This document shows, piece by piece, positions 55,935 to 64,000 of a stretch of DNA of 64,000 bases. The notes under the pieces were generated by a model that saw nothing but the letters and a program-made list of their open reading frames with translations, did no database searches and was not told the origin of the DNA. The position numbers and the translations under genes were made by a program. Each line of letters opens with the position of its first letter. Positions within the stretch are counted from its first letter, which is position 1. This DNA comes from a virus. The stretch lies in the IMG/VR virus record IMGVR_UViG_3300045051_000531. One strand, written 5' to 3'.

Positions 55935-58900
55935 GTGGCTCGCCAGTTCCTGACTCCGATCACGCTCCCGGCGGCAACGACATCGATTCCATCGATGACG
56001 TTGCCGCACGGGACGGCGCCAACGACGCCTGTGAATGGGGCTCTGTGGACCACGACCGCGGGTCTCTACGCCCAGATCAACGGTGCCACGGTTGGCCCAT
56101 TCACGTCCGGCGGGGTTGGCACGACGGGTTCCCCTGTTTCAGGGGATGCTTCGTTCTTCTCTGGCGCCTCCACCGTCACCAATGCGGCTGGCATCCTGGC
56201 TGGGGCCACGTTTACGGCGACGGCGACTGCCAGCGGGTTATCCTACCTGTCTAACTCTGGGACATTTACTACCGATGTTTTCGCGGTTGGTTTCAGCATT
56301 GTGGCTACTAGCAGTGCTGCCCTGACCAGTTCAAACAGCCACACAGCTCTGCAAGGCGCGGGTACGTTCAATGGGTCAGCGGCAGTAGCGTCCACCCGTT
56401 TCTCCGCCTTCAGGAGCTACCTCTCCGGGACGCCTACTGGTGGTTCTGGCGTGTTGGCGTCTACGCACGCCTATGCGGTCGTCACCGCCACAAATAACTC
56501 CGCGAGTCTGACAGTCGTCAGCGTGGACGCGAACCCGCTTATCTCCGTCGGCGTAGCGGGATCGGTTCTCTACTCATGCGCTGGCGTACGCAGTGCACCT
56601 TCCGTGGCAGCGGCAGCTACCGCTGGCAGCACGACAACTGTAACAAACTGTTTCGACTTTTTGTCCACGCCTGCCCATTCGTCAGCTGTTGCCACGGCGA
56701 CGTTGGTGATCACGAACGCCTACGGTTTGTACCTGACGACTCCGGCTACCTCCGGGTCTGGCACGGTGACGATCACGAATCGTTACGGTATCTACCAAGA
56801 GGACACGCTCGCTCAGAACTTCTTCGCTGGATACAGCGGCCTCGGCATAGCCGCTACGACGGGAACCGCCCTGAATCTTCCGGCGTCTGTGGCTGCGCGC
56901 AGCAGCCTGCGGATCCCGCACGGTACCGCTCCGACGACGAATCTGGCCAACGGCGACATTTGGACGACCACGGCTGGCATGTTTGCGCGCATCAATGGCG
57001 CGACCGTGGGCCCGTTCACCGCAGGGGGACTCACCACGACGGGCTCCCCGGCTTCCGGCCAGTCATCGTTCTTCTCCGCTGCGACCACGGTTACGAACGC
57101 TGATGGAGTCGTCGCAGGCGCCACCTCTACTGTATCGGCTCTCGCGGGCGCCGCCCAGTTCGCGATGGGGTCCGGTACTTTCACGACGAGTGTGTCGGCT
57201 TCGGCACTGAGTGTCACCGCTGCGACAACGGCCACATTGACTGCTGTTGTGCGTCAGCAGGCCTTTACGGGATGGATAACGACGTCGAGCAGCACAACGG
57301 CTTCCGGCAACGTCATTGCTGGAGTCACCGGCCTTGTCTCCGGTACGCCGACGGCTGGCTTCGCAGGTGAGTACATCGGCGTCTTCGCGTACTCGTCGCG
57401 CCTGACGGATGGCGCCGCAGCATCCTCAACGGGGACGTTCACAGGCGTGAAGGCGATCACCGCCTTCGACACGCTGCTGTCGTCAGGCACCGCGGCCACG
57501 AGCCTGTACGGTGTCCGGGCGTCGGTACAGGTCGCGCACACCGCCGCCAGTGGCACGTCGCTCGTCACGAACCTGTTCGGGTTCGCCAGCGAGCCCACGA
57601 TCACCGTGACGAACGCCTCCGCGACGTTCACGATCACGAACTACTACGGGCTCTATCTCGCCACCCATACAGCGGCTGGGGCCGGCACTCTGGTACTGAC
57701 GAACCGCTACGGGGTGTACCAAGCTGACGCAGCCGCCACGAATCTGTTCTCCGGTCTGGTATCGACATCGGCCTCGACAACGACGCGCTCCGGTCTGCGC
57801 ATCGCGCATGGCACCGCCCCGACGTCTCCTGTGAACGGAGACATGTGGACGACGACGGTCGCTCCGTGGGTCCGGGTCAACGGTGCCACTGTGGTGTACG
57901 CCACTGCCGCCACCCCGTTCGGAACTCTCAACAAGTTCCCCGTGTGGACCACGACGGGCACCGGACGCCTGGTCGACAGCGCCCTGACGTACTCGGCTTC
58001 CGGTGGCAGTCTGACCACGGTGTCGCTGGACTGCACGTACACCAGCACAGGCTCAGGCATCAAGTTGTTCCAGGCCAACATGACCTCCACGGAGGGCACG
58101 CAGAACGCCACCGGTGCGGCGGTCTATGGGTCATGGAGCGCCTCCTTCGTCAACGGGACAGCGGGAACCTTCATCGCTGGTGTCCACGGATACGGCACGT
58201 CCTCGCTGGGTGTCGCTACGTCGGGGACCCCTGAGATCATCGGCGTCTACGGCAACGGGCACGTCTCCGGCGGCACGTTGTTCAGCGGCAGCTTGTACAC
58301 CGTCGTCGGTGTGCGCGGTGACGCGACGGTCGTTAACACGGCCACCCAGACCGGCACGGTCCTGAACTCCATCTGCGGCATGTCGGCCAAAGCGACGCTC
58401 TCGTTCACGGGCACGCTGAACTCCGCCACCGTGACGGAGGCCTGCGGCCTCAAGATTCTGGCGGGGTCCCTGACGGTCGCCACGGGGCGCACGATCACGC
58501 TGACGAACTACTACGGCATCTACATCGCTGGCCCCACGACGGGTGGCGGCGGTACCGCGTCCATCGGCAACAAGTACGGCATCTACCAGGCCGACGCGAC
58601 CTCATCGAACTTCTTCGCTGGTACCATCAGCGCCTCCAACCTGTCCGGCACCAACACCGGTGATCAGACTATCACGCTGACGTCGGACGTCACCGGATCT
58701 GGCACTGGTTCCTTCGCCACCACGATTGCGGCTGGCGCGGTGTCGCTTGGCAAGATGGCCAACCTGGCCGCGAACAGCATCATTGGCAACAACACCGGGA
58801 GTCCCGCTACACCTATTGCGCTGACCGTCGCACAGACGACTGCGATGCTGGACGTCTTCACCACCTCGTTGAAGGGCCTCGCGCCGGCTAGCGGTGGCGG

Positions 58901-59744
58901 GACGACCAACTTCCTGCGCGCCGACGGCACCTGGGCGGCTCCTACCGCTGCTCCGGGCGGTTCGACCACCCAGCTCCAGTACAACAACGCGGGGGCTTTT
59001 GGTGGTGTCGGCATCAGCGCTTACGATGCGACCAATGGAACCCTGACGTTCACATCGACAACGTCGGCATCGGGTAGCAACCTGCGGATGTTGGCAACCT
59101 ATCTCACCACGACCGGCACGATGTCGAGTGGCGAGGCCGTCGAGGCAGTGAAGGCTTATGTCTACGTGCAGGCTGGTGGCGCCTCTAATGCCGAGTACAC
59201 AGGCGTTTACGGGAGCGTGTTCCCGATAGCTGTCTCAGCGCTGCGGTACACTGATTCCTACTTCACTGGTGGGCGCTTCCAAGCCAACTTCACCGGTTCA
59301 GCTACCAGCGGCACCTCTTTGGGAACCTTGGTAGCGCTGAAAGCCGTGACGTCGGTGGTGATGGGCCAGACATCGGGGTCCACGACTATCTCGAACGTGT
59401 ACGGACTCCAGGTAGCCCCGGATTCCTTCTCCACGGCTTCAGGCGGTACAACTGTCATCACGAACTACTACGGGGCCTATCTTGGCACCGTCACGTTTAG
59501 CGATGCCGGCACCACCACGATCACGAACCGCTATGGTATCTACCAGGCTGACACCTCAGCCTCGAACTACTTCGCTGGCCACGTGAAGACCGTGGAGTCC
59601 GTCGAGGTCGGTTCCGCGAAGTGGTTCTACATGGGCGACCCGACGACCGACGGCACCTGGCGCATGGGCCGCAGTGGCAACGATCTCCTCATGGAGCGTC
59701 GTGAGTCCGGATCCTACGTCACCAAGCAGACCATCCTGGCCTAA
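55935..59744 (+). CDS. long modular tail fibre (1269 aa)
   Basis: Four ~290-320-aa modules ending TNxYG..RYGIYQxD..NxFxG; three HGTAPT..NG..WTTT units. Confidence 0.8.
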   Translation: MARQFLTPITLPAATTSIPSMTLPHGTAPTTPVNGALWTTTAGLYAQINGATVGPFTSGGVGTTGSPVSGDASFFSGASTVTNAAGILAGATFTATATASGLSYLSNSGTFTTDVFAVGFSIVATSSAALTSSNSHTALQGAGTFNGSAAVASTRFSAFRSYLSGTPTGGSGVLASTHAYAVVTATNNSASLTVVSVDANPLISVGVAGSVLYSCAGVRSAPSVAAAATAGSTTTVTNCFDFLSTPAHSSAVATATLVITNAYGLYLTTPATSGSGTVTITNRYGIYQEDTLAQNFFAGYSGLGIAATTGTALNLPASVAARSSLRIPHGTAPTTNLANGDIWTTTAGMFARINGATVGPFTAGGLTTTGSPASGQSSFFSAATTVTNADGVVAGATSTVSALAGAAQFAMGSGTFTTSVSASALSVTAATTATLTAVVRQQAFTGWITTSSSTTASGNVIAGVTGLVSGTPTAGFAGEYIGVFAYSSRLTDGAAASSTGTFTGVKAITAFDTLLSSGTAATSLYGVRASVQVAHTAASGTSLVTNLFGFASEPTITVTNASATFTITNYYGLYLATHTAAGAGTLVLTNRYGVYQADAAATNLFSGLVSTSASTTTRSGLRIAHGTAPTSPVNGDMWTTTVAPWVRVNGATVVYATAATPFGTLNKFPVWTTTGTGRLVDSALTYSASGGSLTTVSLDCTYTSTGSGIKLFQANMTSTEGTQNATGAAVYGSWSASFVNGTAGTFIAGVHGYGTSSLGVATSGTPEIIGVYGNGHVSGGTLFSGSLYTVVGVRGDATVVNTATQTGTVLNSICGMSAKATLSFTGTLNSATVTEACGLKILAGSLTVATGRTITLTNYYGIYIAGPTTGGGGTASIGNKYGIYQADATSSNFFAGTISASNLSGTNTGDQTITLTSDVTGSGTGSFATTIAAGAVSLGKMANLAANSIIGNNTGSPATPIALTVAQTTAMLDVFTTSLKGLAPASGGGTTNFLRADGTWAAPTAAPGGSTTQLQYNNAGAFGGVGISAYDATNGTLTFTSTTSASGSNLRMLATYLTTTGTMSSGEAVEAVKAYVYVQAGGASNAEYTGVYGSVFPIAVSALRYTDSYFTGGRFQANFTGSATSGTSLGTLVALKAVTSVVMGQTSGSTTISNVYGLQVAPDSFSTASGGTTVITNYYGAYLGTVTFSDAGTTTITNRYGIYQADTSASNYFAGHVKTVESVEVGSAKWFYMGDPTTDGTWRMGRSGNDLLMERRESGSYVTKQTILA

Positions 59745-59747
59745 CCT

Positions 59748-61760
59748 ATGCCCGGTCTCAAACTTCCCAGCGCAGCCTTCGGATCCCCTGGTGACGGTAC
59801 CATCGGTATCGATGAGAACGGTGACCTCGTCTTCCGGAAGGCTAGCGTCACGAAGTACGTCGTCGCCACGGTGACGCCCACGATCACCGCGTTCGACATG
59901 CTGTCCACGCTGACAGCTACTCCGTATGCGGTCAGCGCCCCAGAGGTCTTGGCGGCTAGTAAGCTGGGTGGCTGGGTTGACGCCAGTTTCACGACAGATG
60001 GCATCCTGGTACTTCCGACACCGTCAAACGGCAAGGTCATCGGCGTTCGTGTTCCGAGGACGGGCGCCGCCGGTATGAGCACGAAAACTATCGTGCGCCC
60101 GAGCACACAGGTGTACCAGGGCACCGGGCCCAGCAATACGACGATCACGGCCGTCGTTGCGCAGCCCGACGGTAAAGTTCTGGTCGGTGGCACCTTTTCA
60201 ACGTGGAGCGGCGTCGCTGTAGAAAATCTGATCCGCTTGAACGCTGACGGTAGCTTGGACACCAGCTTCAACACCACGATCCCGGCGTCGTCAGCAGCCC
60301 CGAACGCCATCGCCTTGGACGCTAGCGGCAACATCTATTATGACCACGGCACGACGATACGGAAAGTGTCGTCGTCGGGAACAGCTGACGCCACGTTCAA
60401 CTCCGCTGTCGGTACCGCAGACAATAATGGTGTTGAAGCCATCGTCGTGTTGTCCGACGGAACCGTCATTGTTGGTGGTGACTTCACCAACGGGTGGGGT
60501 GGAAATACGACGGGGTGTATCGTCAAGTTCTCCACAGCTGGTGTCCAGGACACCACGTTCCTGACCAATGTCGGTAACGGCGCCCCCAGTGGTATCGTCT
60601 ACGCGTTGGCCAAGAACTCGAGTGACGACATCTTTGTCGGCGGCACCTTCACAACCTTCAACTCGACGGCTCGCAACCGTCTCGTGAAGTTGTCCAGCGC
60701 CGGCGTCGTTGATGGGACGTTCTATACGAACCATGGTACCGGCGCGTTCAACAGCACCGTGTTCAGCTTGGCGGTTCAGACCGACGGCGAGATCTTGGTG
60801 CTCGGGGCATTCACCACCATTGGTGGGGTCACGTATAACAAGTTCGCCAGGCTCAACACAAACGGTACCGTTGACAGCACGCACTACACCAACACAGGTG
60901 GAGCAGCATCCACCTTCGATACTGCCGTGAGCACTCGGTTATCGGTAGCGCTCGACAGCTCTAACGCCGCATTTATTTGGGGCCGCATAGCTACCACAGA
61001 TAACGGTCCGTCGTATAACATCGGTTACGCGATGAAGTTCGCCAGCTCAGGGACGCGGGACCTGAACTACTTCAGGTTCACTGGTGGTCCCGCTGGCTGC
61101 GCGGCTATCAGCACTACTCCAACAGCCAACGTCGGAAGCATGGGAAAGTGCGCCGTCGACAGCAACGGTTACTTGATCATCTGTGGCGAGTACGAGCTCA
61201 TCCAGAACAGTTCGACTGGTGTGAAAGCTCTGACTCGCATACCGGCGTCTAGTACTGAGTTCTTCTCGGTAACGCTGCTTCCGGGGAACAGCGTCGTCCT
61301 GCGGTGCACCGCCACTGGCTACGTCATGGTGAGCGCCGACTTGGCCACAGGGATGGTCCCCGGTGGTCAGATAAACTTTGTTGCGGTGACCACGAACCCG
61401 ACAAAGGGTACCGCTAGCAACACCGACAAGCTGTGTTGGGCGCGCAACGGGTGCATGGTGACGCAGCGCCTCGACTACGTTCAGACCGCTGCGGGTACCG
61501 CTGGGTCAGGAGACTACGCGTTTCCTTTGGTGTTCGAGGCCAACACGTACCACTATGACGCTGGTTTTGCCGTTGACACAATGGCGGCTGCCGTTGGACG
61601 TGGCATGATTGACGGCCTCCAGGCTGCCGTTGGACTCCGCAACAGCACACAAGCTTACGTCGAGACCGACACCGATATTTGGGGGTCCTCGTATCTTCCG
61701 TTCAGCAACACGACCAAGTACGTGTCGCTTGAACTCAGCTACATCGCCTTGGATATGTGA
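59748..61760 (+). CDS. receptor-binding-like protein with delta-60-type beta-propeller repeats
   Basis: VAQPDGKVLVGGTF..LIRLNADGSLDTSFN; AVQTDGEILVLGAF..RLNTNGTVD. Confidence 0.8.
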   Translation: MPGLKLPSAAFGSPGDGTIGIDENGDLVFRKASVTKYVVATVTPTITAFDMLSTLTATPYAVSAPEVLAASKLGGWVDASFTTDGILVLPTPSNGKVIGVRVPRTGAAGMSTKTIVRPSTQVYQGTGPSNTTITAVVAQPDGKVLVGGTFSTWSGVAVENLIRLNADGSLDTSFNTTIPASSAAPNAIALDASGNIYYDHGTTIRKVSSSGTADATFNSAVGTADNNGVEAIVVLSDGTVIVGGDFTNGWGGNTTGCIVKFSTAGVQDTTFLTNVGNGAPSGIVYALAKNSSDDIFVGGTFTTFNSTARNRLVKLSSAGVVDGTFYTNHGTGAFNSTVFSLAVQTDGEILVLGAFTTIGGVTYNKFARLNTNGTVDSTHYTNTGGAASTFDTAVSTRLSVALDSSNAAFIWGRIATTDNGPSYNIGYAMKFASSGTRDLNYFRFTGGPAGCAAISTTPTANVGSMGKCAVDSNGYLIICGEYELIQNSSTGVKALTRIPASSTEFFSVTLLPGNSVVLRCTATGYVMVSADLATGMVPGGQINFVAVTTNPTKGTASNTDKLCWARNGCMVTQRLDYVQTAAGTAGSGDYAFPLVFEANTYHYDAGFAVDTMAAAVGRGMIDGLQAAVGLRNSTQAYVETDTDIWGSSYLPFSNTTKYVSLELSYIALDM

Positions 61761-61763
61761 GCC

Positions 61764-62186
61764 ATGATCTACTACGAATACGACGCTGATGGGTGGCTGG
61801 TGGGTTGGCACGAGGACGCCGAGCGTGCCAACAGCACGTCGACCTCCTACGACCCGATCCCAGCGGTCCGGGCGCGCTGGGTCGCCAGCGCCTGGGTTGA
61901 AGACGCCAGCCGGGAGACCGCGCAGCTCGCTGCGGTCTCCCAGGCTGAGGCGATCAAAGCCGTACAGGCCCGTCTGGACACCCAGGCTCAGGCCTGGGGC
62001 TACGACAACATCTTCACGGCGTGCACCTACGCCGAGGAGCCCGAGGTCCCTCAGTTCCAAGCTGAGGGCCAGGCCCTCCGCGCCTGGCGCAGCGCGACGT
62101 GGGCGGTATGCTATGAACATGCGGACGCCCCATCACTGGACGCCCTCCTGGCTCTCCTGCCTGCCCCACCGACTCGCCCAAGCTGA
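61764..62186 (+). CDS. tail fibre assembly/chaperone-like protein
   Basis: RLDTQAQAWGYDNIFTACTYA..FQAEGQALRAWRSATW..C. Confidence 0.7.
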   Translation: MIYYEYDADGWLVGWHEDAERANSTSTSYDPIPAVRARWVASAWVEDASRETAQLAAVSQAEAIKAVQARLDTQAQAWGYDNIFTACTYAEEPEVPQFQAEGQALRAWRSATWAVCYEHADAPSLDALLALLPAPPTRPS

Positions 62187-62194
62187 GGTCAGTC

Positions 62195-62728
62195 ATGGGA
62201 GGTAACGACAGGCCCAATGGCACCAGCCAGACCGACATCGATGCCAAGCTGTTCAAGGTCCTCTACGAACTGAAGTTGCAGTTAGACACGCAGTTCAAGG
62301 AGGCCCGCCAGCAGAACAAGGAGGACACCCAGCAGATCGTCGAGCTGGCTGTGTCACGAGCCGTGCACCCCGTGATGTCTGAGATTCAGGGGATCAAGCA
62401 GCAGCTCCAGGAGGGCAACCGGCGCTTCGACGAGCAATCCAGCAAGATCACCAAGGCCACGTCCCTCGCCACGCAGGCCGCCTCCGATGCCCTGGTTGCG
62501 AAGACCGAGAGAGCCCTGCCGCTGCAGACGGTCGAGGAAGCCAAGCCCAAGGAGGGCTGGATCAGTGCGTCGACCCTGGTAGCCCTGCTTCCCGCGCTGG
62601 GATCCCTGATCGCCACGATCCTGGCATCCATTGCTTTGATGCGGGCTCCGGCTCAGAGCGATCAGCAGGCCTCGCCGCAGCCAGCGACGCCGACGCCAGC
62701 GAACCCGGTTACCGCGACGCCCCCGTGA
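62195..62728 (+). CDS. coiled-coil protein with C-terminal TM helix (holin-like candidate)
   Basis: Heptad region then LVALLPALGSLIATILASIALM. Confidence 0.55.
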   Translation: MGGNDRPNGTSQTDIDAKLFKVLYELKLQLDTQFKEARQQNKEDTQQIVELAVSRAVHPVMSEIQGIKQQLQEGNRRFDEQSSKITKATSLATQAASDALVAKTERALPLQTVEEAKPKEGWISASTLVALLPALGSLIATILASIALMRAPAQSDQQASPQPATPTPANPVTATPP

Positions 62729-63168
62729 AGATCGCCTTTCAGAAGCGGGACACCGGGGTCTTCGCCTGGCTGATCAAGCTGTGGACGTGGTCGAAGTACA
62801 GCCATTGCGAGGTCGTCTTCAGCGATGGGACCGCGTTCTCGTCACACATCGCGAACGGCGGCACCCGGTTCATCAGCTTTCTGTCGCCGTCGCCGCGGGT
62901 CTGGGACTTCATCGAGATCCCGGCGAGTCGGCAGGAGGAAGACGAGATCCGAGCCTGGTGCGAGTTCGAGCTGAACTGCAAGTACGACTGGTTCGGGATC
63001 TTCTTCAGCCAGGTGCTCCCGTTGCGGCGCGAGCACCCCGATCGCTGGTTCTGCTCCGAGCTCTGTGCCACGGTGGTCCAGAAGCTACTCCGGCTACCGA
63101 CTCGGCCCCCGGCCTGCGCGTACAGCCCAGGCGGCCTGTACCGGGAGCTCCGCGAGGTCATCCCGTAG
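62725..63168 (+). CDS. permuted papain-like (YiiX/YebB, NlpC/P60 superfamily) enzyme
   Basis: KYSHCEV (His) precedes YD..WFCSELC (Cys) and SPGGL. Confidence 0.8.
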   Translation: MKIAFQKRDTGVFAWLIKLWTWSKYSHCEVVFSDGTAFSSHIANGGTRFISFLSPSPRVWDFIEIPASRQEEDEIRAWCEFELNCKYDWFGIFFSQVLPLRREHPDRWFCSELCATVVQKLLRLPTRPPACAYSPGGLYRELREVIP

Positions 63169-63269
63169 CTCTGGGTCTACGTCGTGCTTGCCACGCCCAT
63201 CGGCTTCGACAAAGTAGAGCACCCAGCACTCCCGCTGGGCTTACAACACAGAAAGGCAGGGTTCCGACA

Positions 63270-63836
63270 GTGAAGAACCGTGACCTCATCAATAGCGTTG
63301 AGTCCATCAACGCCGTCGCTGCTCTGAAGCAGCTCCCTATCCCCGTGGCGTTCGCCGTTGGCCTGAATCTGAAGGCCGTTCGCGATCACATGGAGATCTT
63401 CGAGACCCACCGCAAGAAGATCCTCGAGGCGCACACCAAGAAGGACGACAAGGGCGTCCCGGTCCCCGTCTATCTCCCCGAGAAGGATGCCGACGGCAAG
63501 CCGCGTCTCGACGCCAAGGGGGACGTCCTCATCGTCAAAGACGACAAGGGTGAGATCGTCAATAAGATCCATGAGGGCCAGGTCAAACTGGACGACCCCA
63601 AGACCTTCAATAAGGAGATCGAGGAGCTCCTCAACATCGACATCACCGACGACCTCAAGATCCGCAAGGTCAGGCTCTCCACGCTGCTTCCCTCGAAGGA
63701 CATCAAGGACGACAAGGGGACCACGCTGGAGCCCTCGCACTTCGCCAACCTGCTCTGGATGTTCATCGACGACATCTCGGGCGAGGCCGTCGAAGAGAAG
63801 CCCGAACCCCGGTCTGGCAAGAAGGCCAAGGCCTGA
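63270..63836 (+). CDS. hypothetical protein
   Basis: GTG 63270 after AGAAAGG; Lys/Asp-rich. Confidence 0.75.
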   Translation: MKNRDLINSVESINAVAALKQLPIPVAFAVGLNLKAVRDHMEIFETHRKKILEAHTKKDDKGVPVPVYLPEKDADGKPRLDAKGDVLIVKDDKGEIVNKIHEGQVKLDDPKTFNKEIEELLNIDITDDLKIRKVRLSTLLPSKDIKDDKGTTLEPSHFANLLWMFIDDISGEAVEEKPEPRSGKKAKA

Positions 63837-63859
63837 ACCTGTAACCTAAGGAGAACACG

Positions 63860-64000
63860 ATGCCCGAAGACACCAATGACAAGGTCCGCAAGACGCTGCT
63901 CGGCGGACTCCTGAACCCCTGGGTCGGCGTCGCCGCCCTGGCTGGCGCCATCGTCGGCTACATCATCGGTCGCGTCGTCGTGACGGATAGGTTGGACACA
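63860..64000 (+). CDS. membrane protein, 3'-truncated
   Basis: AAGGAG RBS; WVGVAALAGAIVGYII TM helix. Confidence 0.6.
   Translation, partial: MPEDTNDKVRKTLLGGLLNPWVGVAALAGAIVGYIIGRVVVTDRLDT

Noticed and set aside
47611-61760. Diversity-generating retroelement acting on fibre genes
   Set aside because: No reverse transcriptase in the window and no near-identical TR/VR pair with adenine-specific differences seen.
1-64000. Stop-codon reassignment, or prophage/host boundary
   Set aside because: TAA, TAG and TGA all end genes at start/stop overlaps; no integrase, att-like repeat or host housekeeping genes seen.

Overview
GC-rich segment of what looks like a large tailed phage (Caudoviricetes-like) genome; no database search was possible. 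Credible genes all lie on the + strand, mostly chained by overlapping start/stop codons. There are no host housekeeping genes, integrase, rRNA, tRNA or CRISPR array. Layout: (i) 1-7.6 kb is a recombination/nuclease block with a RusA-like resolvase, RuvB, RuvA, an HNH-type endonuclease and a DEDDh exonuclease. (ii) 7.6-36.5 kb holds about 80 mostly small accessory ORFs. These include a candidate structured RNA leader, three tandem proteins sharing an N-terminal motif, a secreted 3D-domain protein, a YkgJ-like Cys protein beside an AAA ATPase, Lar-like proteins, several paralog pairs and HTH regulators. (iii) 36.5-43.1 kb is a probable virion block with unusually Cys-rich proteins. (iv) 43-47.6 kb is non-structural (SNase-like and PD-(D/E)xK-like nucleases). 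(v) 47.6-64 kb is a cluster of modular tail-fibre/adhesin-like genes, then a chaperone-like gene, a holin-like gene and a permuted papain-like enzyme. Best leads: the phage rusA-ruvB-ruvA resolvasome-like operon, the structured leader plus triplet of shared-N-terminus proteins (8.65-11.6 kb), and the fibre cluster built from shared modules. Family names come from motif recognition by eye.
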